From contig NW_027117339.1 of NCBI RefSeq assembly GCF_038025025.1, forward strand, positions 1,984,001 through 2,048,000: 64,000 bases of DNA, read 5' to 3'. The notes beneath the pieces are model-generated. The model did not search any database and was not told the origin of the DNA. It saw only the letters and a list, made by a program, of their open reading frames with translations. Below, in pieces: positions 11,779 through 24,647 of the stretch. How positions within the stretch are numbered: the first letter of the stretch is position 1; each line of letters begins with the position of its first letter. Source of the DNA: Phyllosticta citribraziliensis (taxonomy: Eukaryota). The translations under genes were made by a program, and so were the position numbers.

Positions 11779-14110
11779 CTAAACTTCTCTGAGCTGCTTC
11801 ACCTCCGTCCTGACTTGCTGTTGCTGCTGCAACCCTTTCAGCACATGTGAACCGCCGACATGGTTGATCACCTTGGGACGGCGAATCTTGGTCGGCACGA
11901 CCCTGCCTTCCCTCTTTGGTTTCTCGTTGTTTGGCAAGGGGCCGGCGCCGACTGCAACTGTCTGAGGCTCGGCGATGGTGGCGATGACTTTCTTGGCCCT
12001 GGGTGGGCGCACGCTTCCACGAGTGCCGCCAGAGTGTCTGCGCTTGATGTTGGCGGACGCGACGACAGCGGTCCCAGTGCTGGATACAGAGCCGGAGCCG
12101 ACAGCTGCGGCGGCGGTGGTGGGAGCTGCTTTCTGCCTCATCGTGCGCCTCTCGACCTTGCCTCTGGGCGCAGCGAGTCCTCTCTTCGTGCCGTCTGCCA
12201 TGACGCGCTTGGTGGGCTCGACAACTCTGGTCGGCTCGAAGCTCGGCACGTCGCTGTCCCAGTCGAGCGACGAGCTGCGCGTGCGCCTGCCACGATGGCC
12301 ACTGCTGCTGTTGCTGCTGGAGCCAGAGTCGACGGTCGAGCTGGAGTCGCGCTCGCTCAATGGCATCAAGTCTTCGCTCTCGGCTTCGTCGTTGCCGGCA
12401 CGTTGCGCTGCCGTGGTCATGGCGGAGCGAGCCGCGGCTGGCGTGGCACTGACGAGCGAATTGAGGTCAAAGTGGTCGTCGAGATCAATCAGGCATTGTT
12501 GTGGTGCGTGTGAGCGTGGTGTCTCAGAAGACGTGGCGTTGGGAGCGTGACGCGATGAGAGCAGGCCGTGAGTGACATTTTGGGGAGAAGGGCAACCAGC
12601 TCTGGCCGTTTTCGAGACTATGGTGAGGGATTTGGGTTTGACACTCCTCACATTGAGGTGGTTCGTGGGTTGTGACGCGTCCGTGGTCGTAGAACCAGTC
12701 ACTGCTGGAGATGGACGTGGATCGAATGGTCCTTTTTTGACGTGTCCAGGGACCTGCCTGACCCTGCTTGTGTCTTGCGCAACGCGTCGCTCAGGAGCAA
12801 GAACCGGGGAGCTGTTTGGCGGAGGCGGCGCACCATGCGTGCGAATGTATTCGAAGAAGTTGTGGACGTTTCCCTTCGGAGGCGAACGACCAGCGTGATC
12901 GCGAAGGCCTGAGGAGCTTGCCCTGCGATGAGGCGAGTTCGTGGTCGAGGAACTGATATTGGCCTCGCGAACGGCAACGGGGGAATGACGGCTTGCAGGG
13001 AACGACGTTCGCAAGGCCCTCTCCAAAGCCTTGTTGATCTTTTGGCCGTCTGCGAGCGGAGTATAGACGTAGTTGAGTTCCGTGTCCGAAAAAGGCTCGT
13101 GGGAGCGACGACGAGGCTCAGCAGGCGTGGCCTTCAGGTTGTGATCCGCATCTGGGGCTTTGAAAGAAGAGGAAGGATGATGTCTACCGGTGACAGCAGC
13201 AACTCTCTGAACAGTTGTCGGCTTGGATTTCTGCTCGCCACCAGAGCTGGCGTCTGCGTCATTGTCATCGAGGACCTTGAGCTTCCCGGATTGCACTTTT
13301 GCTGCCGCCGCGTCGTGAACTCGAAGACGTTCCCTCATCCAGGAAGATTGCTGGGGGCTGATGCCTGGGTGTTTTTCGGCCCACCACTTGGGAATGTAGT
13401 TGATGCCGACCTTCTCGCGCAGAGTCTTCATGTCGGGCATCTCGTGCTTGTACATGCATCCCTGCTGCGTGAAGTCGCAAGCGCCGTACTTGATCCAGTA
13501 TGTACAGTACTCTTTCTTGGACTGGTCGGGCTGCTTTCCCGACGGAGGGAGCGGAGGCTGGAGTTTGTAATTGAAGCGAGCAGCTACGTCGGGCGAGGCT
13601 TTGGCGATTGCATCAGCAAGGGACTTCAGCAAAGATGATGTTAGCACTTTGACTCGCCGCTAGAAATTTTGACCTACCAGGGGTTTCTCTTTCACTGCTA
13701 CTGTCTCCAGATTGTCCAATCTTTTGGAATACAACCCCATGGGCGAACCAGATCGCTTTATTTCGGCAGACTTTGGCGCACAGATGGATTTCGCAGCTGG
13801 TGGTTGAGCGGTCTTCTGCTCCTATGACAAGTCAATTTCCCTCATCCGCTTCAAAATTGCCGCAGCTCAAAGGGACCGGGGAATTCCTCACCACAAGAGA
13901 GTACGTCTGCCCGGTGTATCGCAAGCTCCCAAGGAACTTCATGCCCTGTGCCTCGTCCGGGTTGATGCTGCGAGGCACACCTTCCAAGCAGACCCCCAAT
14001 GGTAGCTCGTCCACTGGAATGACTGGGACGTAGTTGCCATTGTCGCGGTGTGTAAACCAGTGAGGACGAATGAGGGTCCTGGATACAGGAAGTGAGTCTC
14101 CGCAAATCAT
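11779..14110 (-). CDS. CCCH (C-x8-C-x5-C-x3-H) zinc-finger protein with long disordered tail
   Basis: Introns 13822-13891 and 13624-13677. N-terminal PHWFTHRDNGNYVPVIPVDELP block. Finger CTYWIKYGACDFTQQGCMYKH preceded by PPLPPSGKQPDQSKKEY. Confidence 0.8.
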
Positions 14111-15970
14111 CTTTTCGTGGTCGAGATGGAAGGTCGGCAAGTGATTTGAGCGTGGAAATTCAACGACAGCAATGGTAGTAGCGGGAAGTTAAGAGTGCAC
14201 TCAGCTTCTTGCGGCGCTCGCTGTTCCCATATGTATGTCGGATGTGTGCTGTAGCAAGCTCGATGGAGACATGTGTACTACAAAGTGGGCACGATGAATG
14301 CGTCCGGCAAACCGCAGAGGTGCCGTTTGGACCGGTCTTGCCAGGCATGGACATCAGGTCCATTCCAACAAAGGCTTTCATGGAGGCATGCCGCAGACGA
14401 GTTGATTGAAAACGCAGTTTGCCGGGCTCTCGTGCGGAAGATGTGCTGGATTCAAACGGGAATGTGCAGTTTGTGCCACCACAAATTCGGACTTCCTTCA
14501 CACTGGGGACTGGAATCCACAGTGATTGTGGAGTGTTCTTTATCGGCGCAGATGTCACCCTTTTGGTGTGTAAAACTGGGGTAAGTGATGGAGGCGCTGG
14601 GTACTTTGACGCTGCTGCTTCAACCGACCCAGGTTTCCGCAAATCGAATTTTCTGGAAAGCTCACCATGCTCGCAGATGGGTATGGTGCAGCTTGTTCAA
14701 CAAATTCGGCATTGTGGATATGCGAACTACATGGAATTTCGCGTCAGAGCTTGGCAAGTTGATTCGCGTTGGTTGTAAGTGGTACAATGTGGGCTGTGTC
14801 TAGGCTGAGACTCACTCCACGGATACCTACAGGCCTGGGTTCTCAAGCAGTCCACGTCAAGCCATGCCCAGCAGGGAGTAGACCAGAAAAGCCTGTACCT
14901 TCGCGTACCTCCGTACGACAAGTATGTATGGAGCCTACCGAGCCGTTTTCATTTTACTGCTTACATCAATTGCCTTTGGGCCGAACACGATTGCGGCTTG
15001 GGCATATTGGGAGCGCATTGACCTGGCACGGAGAAAATCGTTCTGCTGCAATGCTATTGTTAACCTTTGCAGGGCCAGATTACCACTGAGAGGCCGTGGT
15101 TTACCTGAGCCCCCTTTCAAAGCACGGACGGATGGCGACGACTCCTTTTTCTAGACCAGCCGCTTCGAAGCCAGACATACTGCTGGGCTGAAGTTTAAAG
15201 ATACCCTTTTACGCCGCGTGTCTGCGGGCCATCCCGCGATCCTTTCGCTCGGTAGAACTAGGAGCTGACGGCGAGTTGGATATTGAGACATGAGATAAGC
15301 TCTGAAACCATATTCGAGGGCTTCGCGCACAAGGAAATGATACCGATGAATTTTGGGGGGTTTTCCTTTTGTCACGTCAGCTTGACCTGTCTCTGGACTT
15401 ACGAGGGTGGCGCCGAGTTATCTCGATTGGCTATTCTGGCGCGCTGCTGGCCCCTGAGGTCGCTTGCTTATCGCTTCGTCTGATCCATACACACGGTCCA
15501 AGACACGGTTCCAGGTTAGTGTGCGATGATAGTATTTAGGTTGGTGATAGTTAGGTTGGGACTTTATTGCTCCTTATGACGCAACAGTACATGCAAACAT
15601 GACCGGAGCGACGTGAAAGTGGCGAGGATCCATTTGCTCAGATAACGAAGGAGACGAGGCACAGGAAAGTGGAAAGTGAAGATGGATTTGCTTCTACTTC
15701 CACGGTGAGGAGGCAGATCTTCGGTTCCAATCCTTGGCCCGTCGGCAACGCCTTTCTATGAATAGCGCGAAGTGAGCGCAATTAACTTGGAAAATGCTAG
15801 TAGGAGAAGAAGGCCAAGGAACTCCGGAACCCAATTTTGTCTCGACATCCAGGGTATTGTGGCAGAGGGCAATGGTAAGGAATGCAATGCTGCGACCGCT
15901 GATAGTGACAGCGCCTCTAGAAAGTGAATGAAATACAGTTGTAAGGAGACCTAGGATCGAGTTTGATCGA

Positions 15971-16656
15971 CTAGCTATCCTCTGGCGGGTCTGAAAAGAT
16001 GCCCAGGCGCAATCGGTGTAGCTGCGTCACGTCAATATTTGGTCCTCGGTGTTGGTTTCTGTGGGTCGGCTTACCGCTGGAAGCTTCGGAATTACGACAG
16101 CGATCGTCGCCATGAAGTTGATGATGAAGAATGTGAGATCGTAGTGTGTATAGTGGGTGCTTATGAGGAACAGGACAATGGGCACGCTGAGGAGAAACTT
16201 CTTCGCCGGCGTGTACTGGTCGCCATTGTCAATCTGCTCCCACATGTTGAGGTTGTCATAGGCTCCGGCGTTGAAATCAAAGGGCACGCCGCGGACCCAG
16301 TGGAACATGAGATATGAGCCGAACATGTACGAAATGTTGGTGAGAGTCCACGAGGTCTCTTGGGAAACGCCCGGAATGATGTCGTAGAAGATCTTCAAGC
16401 AGAGTATGAGGACGAAATGGATAGCCCAGGCACCTGTGCAAACAGCGTACGTGTCAGCTTTGGTTTTGATTCGAGGGAAGTCTTGAAAACGTCCCAGGGG
16501 GTGGAGGTTCAGCGATTACTTACCCTTAGCGTTTACCCACTGGGCATTCAGGTTGGGCAGAGCGGCTTGGTCGCTGATGTGCTCCAACGACTCCGGGGGT
16601 TCCGTGTACATGAGGCTCGAGGAGCGCCTCCTCCTCCCTGACTTCTCGGGACTCAT
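15971..16656 (-). CDS. ORM1: ORMDL-family regulator of serine palmitoyltransferase
   Basis: Introns 16434-16523 and 16022-16074. Motifs RRRRSSS, NLNAQWVNAKGAW, FHWVRGVPF, MWEQID and PKLPALHRLR. Confidence 0.95.
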
Positions 16657-17199
16657 TCTTGTCTCCGCGGCGGCGGCAGTCAGATGTCCCGGGTGAGGAT
16701 CCACCTGGAAAGAGGTGGTCCTGTTCAAGAGTATGGAAGACACTTTGGCGGTTGGACGGGGGGTGGGTGGGAAAAGTGCGGGATCGACGGTCGAGTTGAT
16801 GGTTGGACAAAGGACGCAAGTCGAGTGCGGTGTGACTGGCCGGCAGCGAGAAGTAGTAGATGGGTCTAAAGAGGGGCGCGCGCGGTCGCGGATACGGGGT
16901 GATAAGCAGCCTAGTTGGAAGGCTTGGTGAAGAGGCAGGTTGGTAGGCCGGGGGTTGAGGTAGAGTAGAGGCCAGGGCGGCGCTGGTGACGACGAAGCGG
17001 CGGAGCAGTGGGTGTACGCCGGCGGTTCCAGCTGAGTCATGATTCATGCCCCAGGCTGCCCAAACATGACTTAGCACTGCGGTGCTGCTGCTGCAGGTGC
17101 CAGTGCCGTTCCAGCCCTCACCACCTCCTCCAGACACGCTTCCTCTCACCTCCGACGCGCCTCTTCTTCCCCTGGCATCCTTTATACCCAGCGCGTACC

Positions 17200-18406
17200 A
17201 TGGCCTCCGTCGACGATGAGTCCTCGCACACGCGAGACGACAATCCATCCCAACATCCTCCGCCCGCCAATGAGACCGCCGACACTGCCGCGCGCCCATC
17301 GTTCAAGTCATGGAGGTGAGCTGCCGGCTAGAGACTCGTCTGCGTTGGCGCCATCTGACAGCTTGACAGGAAGAAGTATCGCAAAATGCGCATGCGCTTC
17401 GACGAGCGAATGCGGGAGAGCAACTCATTATTCAGAGAGGAGCAAAAGGCTAGTGCATTGGTCAAAAGGCTGCAGGAGCAGAATGAGTGCGCGCACCCGT
17501 CTCGCGTTGCCGTGTCCGACTGACTCGACCCTTAGCCAAATGATGGACCTCCTCCTCGACATCAATGGAACCCCGAAGATCCCTCTCCAGCTTCGCTACG
17601 AATTGAGCGATGACGCTCCTCTGCCGGAACCGAAGCAGGACCCGGAAGCACTATCCCAACAGCTTCACGAAGCACGAGCAGCACTCGCTTCCGGATCAAT
17701 GACCCCAACCGAGTTTGCCGAGCTAGAAGATAAGCTCACCAAAATACAAGCGGAATATGGTCCCAAGGCGTTGGCGTCATTACTTCAAACACCCCATTCA
17801 CGTTATTCACCAGACATGCCACTACCCGAAGAGATGACTGGCGAACACCCGGCGGGCTATTTGAGCCCGAATCACGAAGAAGAGTACCTCAAAGAGCTCG
17901 ACATCGCGCTCGCCGACCCAGCCATCTACGACCCCGATGACACTTCGGGGCGACCGATCCGCCTCCCAGCCCGCGACATCCCAAGCGACAAAGAGCTTCA
18001 GATCCGAAATCCTGCCTCTGTATACAACTGGTTGCGCAAGCATCAACCGCAAGTGTTCCTACAAGACAAAGAAAATGACCGAGATACGGAGAAACCAACC
18101 ACAGGGCGAGGAGGAGGCAACGGTCGTGGAGGAAAGCGTGGTGGCGGCGCCCCGAACGTCGTCGCAACGCCGTCCAAACCCGATCCAGAGGTGGTTGAGG
18201 AGGAGTACGGCTTCGTCCCAGAGACGGGCAGCGGTCGAGGCAAGCGGAATAAAGATGATGATGCGTACAGGCCAAAGGGTGGAAGCGGCAGGGCAAAGAG
18301 GAAGAGGGAAGACGGCGAAGGCGGTGGCGGAGGTGGCGGAGGAGGCGGCGGCACTGGATCAAGAGGAGGACGGAAGAAGGCTAGGGGTGGTGCAGCTGTG
18401 GCATGA
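17200..18406 (+). CDS. IEC3: INO80 complex subunit Iec3
   Basis: Introns 17316-17369 and 17487-17535. Motifs SFKSWRKKYRKMRMRFD, RNPASVYNWLRKHQPQVFLQD and DDDAYRPKGGSGR. Confidence 0.85.
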
Positions 18407-19541
18407 CATGGTCATCAAGCCACTGGGTTGAAGCAGCAACCGATGTATGGATCTTACTTTGTACGGACTACGACTAGATTCGACACAACGCTTCCCGCTT
18501 TCCGCGCAAAGAGTGGCATGCCTCTCTATAATATACTACTTGAAAACACTTCTCGACGTGCTTGAATGTGGTGGTGGAGATCTGCGACTTGGATTCACCA
18601 CTCGTGATATTAACGCGCCTCGTGCATTTAAATACCAGTTTGGTCGTAGGCAGTCGCTCCATGAGAGGATGTTTTGTTGTTGCTCGCATGCCTGTCTACC
18701 AGCAGCACATCGTCTCTAAGCGCTACAGCCTTGCCGTCAGAGTATGAGATTCTATATTAGTTTGTGAGGCTATGAGTGAGCAATCTCAGCAGACATGTGT
18801 GGGTTGGAGCTTAACGAGTAGACTATCTGATTATACACGACTGAGAAGAGAATATTAGGCATACTGTTCACACATCGAAACAAAATAAACAACAAAGACT
18901 AATCGTTCAATCCTACCCCCGATTATTTCGAAGACTGTAGCGGCCTGGTTTGACAGAGCACAGCCACACCAAATGTATCATCCAAGTCTTAGACAGCAGT
19001 GATGGCACATTAAAATGACAGACTCGCTCATAACCTGGTAAACGCACAAATAGACGACAACCAAAAACTTCAAACAAGCTGGCTGGTTAGCAGACATCAG
19101 ACGTGATCATGGCCATCGGTCCGTCCGCACATGCGTCGACTCGTTCGTCCTTCGTCGTTCAAGTCTTGTCTTTCTCGCTCGTTGTTGCATCAATGTGGCT
19201 TCCCAACTCCGTGCTTCTCCCTCGGACGCGTCCTCGCCCCTCGTCGTCGTCGTTGTTGTTGTCGTCATCATGAAGCGACTTGTCCATCGTGTCCATACAA
19301 AACGTGAAGCAATCTTGTTCGCGGCCAAAGCCAACGTTGCAATCAAACCGCACCACGCGCTGGCAGAACAAATCGACGAAAGGAAGACACTCGACAAGGA
19401 GTGATGAAAACGTAAAACATGCGTGTAAATACAATCGACAGAAATCGCAATGATGGGATTAGTGTGTGAGATGGAATCCACCCAAACACTACATAGGCTG
19501 GGCCCACTCAACGCAGCAAAACTCAACTCAGCTTAGGTAAT

Positions 19542-22500
19542 TCACACACCAGTCCGTTTTTCAAACAGCGCGATGCGGTCCTTGACGCTGTTGACGCTGC
19601 GCCCGCTCTTCGTCGAACCAGCCGGACTCTTGCTGCGGGTCCCCCGACTCACACCGCGGCTTCCGCCATCATCCTTTCCTCTCAGTCTACCACGCCGTTC
19701 AGACTCGCCAGTCTTGATAGGCGACGAAGAGCGCGAGCGCGTCTCTGGAGATTCGGGCGCTGGTGACAAGTAGTCCAAGCGCGCCGGCGGCTCCAGAGGC
19801 GTGAAGAAGGGCGACGAAGGCGAGGGCGAGATGCGGGCCGCAGCAGCCTTGGCTTCCTTGAGTGTGAGCTGTCGCGGTGAAGTAGGAGGAGGTGAAGAGA
19901 TCAGAGAGGACGTTGGAGCGGTAGCAGTTGTCGATGCAGTTCCGCCATTGTCAATCGTACTAGTAATTGGCGACGGCGAAAGAGACCCTGTCCCAACATC
20001 GAGTCCGCTCCTTGCCAGCCCTTCGAAACGCTCGCGCAAAGGACTGCTTCGCGCTGGACTCCTGGCATGCGTGGGTCTTCCGATTCTCGCCGCGCGGCTG
20101 GGCTTCGTCGGACTGCCTGAGCCTTCATCGTCGGCACTGTCCCCACCGCCGAAGCCGCTCCTGGGACTTCTTGGAGTGAGCGGACTGGGAGTCAGAGGTC
20201 CTGGGCTGGGTACCCAGTTCTCTTTCAACGGACTGCCTCCTGGTCCCCCGGCACGCACTGGGCTTCCGTGACCTCGACTATCTCGCAAGGGACTCCGAGC
20301 CGGTATCCGTGGTGCATGGAATGCAGACGCGCTCGCCACATCGCCACCTGTGCTGCTTGGAGTGAGAGCAGCCCAACTGCTGTAGTCGTCGTCCGGAGTT
20401 GAGGGGTCGGAAGGACAGTCCTCAACGGATTCGGTGACGCGCAGACGGCTAGAGCGTGCTGTGCGGAAGCTTAGCGGGAGGGAAGTAGTCGAAACACTGA
20501 GTGGTGGAGGAGCTCGCGGGGAATCGGGAGTCAAGCGGCTGGGCGAGGGTGATACAGACGGCAGGTCTGATGAAGGAGGCGAAGGAGAGAGGTTGTCTCC
20601 AAAGGAGATTTGAGCTTGAGCGGGAGGTTGCGCGAACGAAGGGTCTTGGGAGTGGTTATATGTAGGAGATGTGGGGGAGGGAGAGGCAGAAGGAGTGCCG
20701 CGGGGCGGAGGAAGGTGGAAAGGCTGGCCGAAAGCTGGGGACGGGAGGAGATTGAAGTTCTGCTGGTGGTATGCGGTTTGAGATCGTGTCTGCGAAGACG
20801 AGGGCATGATCGCTGGCGAAGAACCGGCACCCGAAAGATATCCCCCGACCGCTGAACCCACTGGAACTCCCATCCGCATCGGTAGTCCACCACCCGCTGC
20901 TACCAAGCTCTCCCTGCTTGCGTTGACGGAATCACCGAGGCTATGATTGCTTGGAGAAGAAGAGCTTCCTGCTGGACTGGCGCTGCCACTGACGGCTCGT
21001 CCTTTGCCTTTTTCTTTCCGCTTTTGCTTGACAATCTCGGGCGATGGCGGCGGTGGAAGGGCTTTGTCACCAGACAAAGGCATCTCTGCCTTGTTGCGGC
21101 CATCTTCTGCACCGCTACTACCCGTTGCGCCAGTTAGGGTCCCGACAACGTCTGCGGATTTGAGTGTCGATGCAGACAGAACACGACTACGAAGACCAGA
21201 GCCCCCGAGGTCTGGGTCTGCGCTTGAGACACGCCGCAAGCTTCCGCTCTTCATACTCGTGTGCGACGATATTCTTTGCCCACTCCCGATGCTTACTTCA
21301 CCCGAGGCGAGACGTTGGGAGCGCAAGGATGTCTCTCCTGAGGCGCCGCGGCTTCGAGAAATGTTGGTGCTAGAATCCCCTACATCGGCATTGACTACTC
21401 GCAGGCGTTGCCGAGGCACAGTGAAGAGCATCTGGACAAGGCGGTTTTCAGACGCGGCTTCAATGTCCCATTCGCTGTCGTCACCTTCTGGCCTAAGGAT
21501 CGTGCCATCGGAACTGGAAAAGAGGGTGTCGCGTTTCGCCTCAGGGTCGGGGGTTGCAACGGCCCAGTCCCGCTCGTTTAGCACGCCTTGTGGAGTTGAG
21601 AATAGCGGGGACGACGTGTCTTCAGCCCATGCCTTTCGCCCTCGATAATGCCAAAACGAAGCATCGCTAGCTGCACGACGTGGTGGTTCGCTCAAAGACG
21701 GAGACGCTGTTGAAGGCCCAGCAGTGGTAACCCGGCTGTCTTGGTCGAATCCAGAAACTGCGCGCTTCTGAAGATGTCGACGTCTTTTGGGATTGGGACT
21801 GCGGCTCCGGTTCCGCTTGAGAAGAATTGCACCATCACTGCTCACTAGCTTGCCCCCTTCGTCGTAAAGATAGCGCCTTCGACGGTGGTAGCCAGAGGTC
21901 AGCGACTGGGAACGATCGCGATGGGACGGTACCCGGGCAAGAGCATGTCGAACAGATCCAATCCACGACTTCGACCGGTCCTTGGTAGCAAAAGAGTTAT
22001 CGATTGGCGTAGAGAGCTCAAGAGTGTCAGTGGAAGGATAATGCGGAATCTGCCCAGGGCTAATGTTTCCACTGCCAGCAGCAATTTCCTGCCTTCTTTT
22101 TGGTAGCGGGGGTGTCTGGTTTTGGGAAAAGGTCGGGGGATTGTAGAAACTTGTTGGCGTCTTTTGAATTTGCTCCGTCAATTCCTGGTCCGGAGAAGGC
22201 GTTTGCTGGCGAGGCAGCATAGGCACATTGGCGGCTTCGTCAGAACGGCCTCCCAGTAAGGCTTCACCTTCAGAATGAAGACCTCCAAGGGAACTCCTGG
22301 CCGTCGTGAATGAGTCTGCATCTGCTCTACCGCTACCGGCAATGCTTTCGCCCGATTCACGCGGTATTGTTGTAGGTACCGGGGGAGGTATTTGAAGAGA
22401 CAGTTGCTGACGATCATGAGAAAAGGGGTTCGTAAAACTAGCGATGAGTGCCGCAGAAGCATTCGACAAGGTGCGAACGACGCTGGCGGCACTTGTGCTA

Positions 22501-24647
22501 GAGGAGTTCTTGGAACGGCCAGATCTTCCACTTTGGTCACTCAGGTTTGATTCAGTCCGATCAGTCTTCTCAGGCGATATTTGGCGTGAGCGACTGGTAG
22601 TCGATTGAGAATTCGGTCCACCTATTATTTCCCAGTTGGGTGATCCAGCACGGAATTCGGCAGCATGGCTCTGAGGCAGCGCGGAAGAGCCAGCTTCTAC
22701 GACTGGCTTCTTGCCAGGACTTCCAGCTGTTGGTGGAAAATATACTGGGTGACTCCGAAGTGGCTCTGGGTCAGAGAATGGATCTAACACCGGTGGGTTT
22801 GACAAAGACAACCGTTTTTGAAACGGTCGTTGGCTCATCTCCGGCATTCCAGTGCGCCCGTTGGCTTCCAAATCATCTTCCTCTAGCTCGTCAATGGGAG
22901 GAATACGTGCTGATCCTCTGTTTCTGGCGTCGTCGAACCGTGGCGGCGGGGGCGGTGGTGCCTGACTTTGCCGTCCACCCATGCTTCGGCGGAGGCCTCT
23001 TGTAGGGCTTGGTATTTCGACAAGCAACCCCGTCCTTTCAGCCTCGGGTGGTGCTCGACCTTTCCATCCTTGACGTCCGTTGAACCAGGGATTCGGTGCC
23101 AGCGCTGCTGCATCATGGTCGTTCATGTAGTCGTTGTGCAATTCGTCATCGTACGAGTGGAGGCCGTGGTAGCGGTGAGCCGCACGGGACAGTGTTTCAA
23201 TCTCCTTCTCCCGCAGCTGACGATGCTTTTTGAGATGCCGTTTGTACCAAAAGTAAAATATAGTCATGGCCAGCACCGCAGCAAGGCCGATGCCTAGGCC
23301 CGCGCCTAAACCTACTTTGGAAGTACCGGATGCAGTGTCTGCGGCGGCTGTAGAGTTTGAACTTGTTGCTTGAGAAGGGTCGTACTCTGCGGTCCAGGAG
23401 TTGGAAGAAATGTTGAAAAAGTAGGTCTGGGTGTTCTCTTTTAGGACTGCGCGCGGCATGAAGCGAGCAGACGAAGATGTAATTGAGTAGCCACCGGCCA
23501 CCATCAATACATCCCCAGAGAGAAGACTTGCCCCATGACCGTATATTCCAGACCCACTTGCGATTCCAGAACCAGAAGTAGTTGGTATCGACCAGCTCCA
23601 CGCGCCGCGCCCGCCATAGCCCTCGCCGACATTGAGCACTGCCAGCTGCGGCTCTGCCGGTGTATTGACGTCGCCCACCCAACCCCCAACCAAAACAATT
23701 TTCGTCCCATCTTCAGACAGAACAGCAGTGTGTCCCGACCGAGGCTCGACTGGGGTCGAGTCACGTTTCACCAGATCCGTATGTCCGTCGCTTGGTTGCT
23801 CGACGCCAATGTAGGTCCAGGACTTTTGCGGTAGAGAATACAGCGCGATTTGAGACATATTGATAAAGGCTGATCGTGTGTGGCCACCAACCAAGACGAA
23901 GTTTTGTTGCTGCTCCTGAGACCCATCACTGCTGTTGGAATAAGTAGGTGGGAGCGAAACCAATGCGAATCCGGCCTCGGGAATTGGTGGACCCTGCGTT
24001 TCGTCCACGCCAAGGGTAAGGTTTGTCGAATTGTTCGCCTCGGCCTGGATTACGTAGTTGGAAAATGAGGCGGCGGATTGCCAATCGTCCTGGGTTGCAT
24101 TCTGAGACGGACACATGCCCCCAAAAAAGTACAAGGACGGGTCTTGCCCTCCAACATTACTGCTAAAGGATATCCCTGCACTCAGGAACATTGGTGCCAT
24201 TGCATTCCCAGCTTTTCCATTTTGCGACGCAACGTCTTCCTCAATCCAGGTCCCATTGCCCTCTTTTGAATTCTTATCCACGTTGAATTTCCAAATCTTG
24301 GCTCCTTCGACTCCATCAGTGCAATCCCCCGAATACACTCTTAAATCCCCATTCTCCTCCGCCACGGCGGTGTATGCAGCTGAGCCAGTGGAAGAAAATG
24401 GCAGTGTCGCGCCAAGCGTGTTGAACTTGAGATTGGTCGAACTGAGTTTGGACGATACGTCGAGTGACAGTAGCTGGGCATGGTTCGTGGTGCCTGGGGC
24501 CGGACGGAATATGTATACGAGATTGCTGTTCTTTGGAGTCTGTAGTACCCGCGTGGGATCGTATGGCAGCTGGGCGGATACGGAAACTGCGCGCACGAGG
24601 AGCAGTAGGGCGACGGGAAGCTCGAGCAGCCGTGGACCGGCAAGCAT
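19542..24647 (-). CDS. Single-pass membrane protein: signal peptide, kelch/galactose-oxidase-like beta-propeller, transmembrane helix, very long disordered cytoplasmic tail (1701 aa)
   Basis: Intronless ORF with a hydrophobic N-terminus. Kelch-type GG motifs (YFFGGMC, VLVGGH, RSGHTAVL...LVGGW, YGHGA...VAGGY). TM GLGAGLGIGLAAVLAMTIFYFWY followed by KRHLKK. Confidence 0.85.
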   Translation of the reverse strand: MLAGPRLLELPVALLLLVRAVSVSAQLPYDPTRVLQTPKNSNLVYIFRPAPGTTNHAQLLSLDVSSKLSSTNLKFNTLGATLPFSSTGSAAYTAVAEENGDLRVYSGDCTDGVEGAKIWKFNVDKNSKEGNGTWIEEDVASQNGKAGNAMAPMFLSAGISFSSNVGGQDPSLYFFGGMCPSQNATQDDWQSAASFSNYVIQAEANNSTNLTLGVDETQGPPIPEAGFALVSLPPTYSNSSDGSQEQQQNFVLVGGHTRSAFINMSQIALYSLPQKSWTYIGVEQPSDGHTDLVKRDSTPVEPRSGHTAVLSEDGTKIVLVGGWVGDVNTPAEPQLAVLNVGEGYGGRGAWSWSIPTTSGSGIASGSGIYGHGASLLSGDVLMVAGGYSITSSSARFMPRAVLKENTQTYFFNISSNSWTAEYDPSQATSSNSTAAADTASGTSKVGLGAGLGIGLAAVLAMTIFYFWYKRHLKKHRQLREKEIETLSRAAHRYHGLHSYDDELHNDYMNDHDAAALAPNPWFNGRQGWKGRAPPEAERTGLLVEIPSPTRGLRRSMGGRQSQAPPPPPPRFDDARNRGSARIPPIDELEEDDLEANGRTGMPEMSQRPFQKRLSLSNPPVLDPFSDPEPLRSHPVYFPPTAGSPGKKPVVEAGSSALPQSHAAEFRAGSPNWEIIGGPNSQSTTSRSRQISPEKTDRTESNLSDQSGRSGRSKNSSSTSAASVVRTLSNASAALIASFTNPFSHDRQQLSLQIPPPVPTTIPRESGESIAGSGRADADSFTTARSSLGGLHSEGEALLGGRSDEAANVPMLPRQQTPSPDQELTEQIQKTPTSFYNPPTFSQNQTPPLPKRRQEIAAGSGNISPGQIPHYPSTDTLELSTPIDNSFATKDRSKSWIGSVRHALARVPSHRDRSQSLTSGYHRRRRYLYDEGGKLVSSDGAILLKRNRSRSPNPKRRRHLQKRAVSGFDQDSRVTTAGPSTASPSLSEPPRRAASDASFWHYRGRKAWAEDTSSPLFSTPQGVLNERDWAVATPDPEAKRDTLFSSSDGTILRPEGDDSEWDIEAASENRLVQMLFTVPRQRLRVVNADVGDSSTNISRSRGASGETSLRSQRLASGEVSIGSGQRISSHTSMKSGSLRRVSSADPDLGGSGLRSRVLSASTLKSADVVGTLTGATGSSGAEDGRNKAEMPLSGDKALPPPPSPEIVKQKRKEKGKGRAVSGSASPAGSSSSPSNHSLGDSVNASRESLVAAGGGLPMRMGVPVGSAVGGYLSGAGSSPAIMPSSSQTRSQTAYHQQNFNLLPSPAFGQPFHLPPPRGTPSASPSPTSPTYNHSQDPSFAQPPAQAQISFGDNLSPSPPSSDLPSVSPSPSRLTPDSPRAPPPLSVSTTSLPLSFRTARSSRLRVTESVEDCPSDPSTPDDDYSSWAALTPSSTGGDVASASAFHAPRIPARSPLRDSRGHGSPVRAGGPGGSPLKENWVPSPGPLTPSPLTPRSPRSGFGGGDSADDEGSGSPTKPSRAARIGRPTHARSPARSSPLRERFEGLARSGLDVGTGSLSPSPITSTIDNGGTASTTATAPTSSLISSPPPTSPRQLTLKEAKAAAARISPSPSSPFFTPLEPPARLDYLSPAPESPETRSRSSSPIKTGESERRGRLRGKDDGGSRGVSRGTRSKSPAGSTKSGRSVNSVKDRIALFEKRTGV

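Noticed and set aside
14160..14778. Overlapping ORFs upstream of the CCCH gene
   Set aside because: No motifs, and I could not splice them convincingly to the gene; its conserved N-terminal block follows ATG 14110 closely.
16657..17040. In-frame 128-aa N-terminal extension of ORM1
   Set aside because: Low-complexity sequence running through the shared ORM1/IEC3 promoter; Orm proteins normally start near RRRRSSS.
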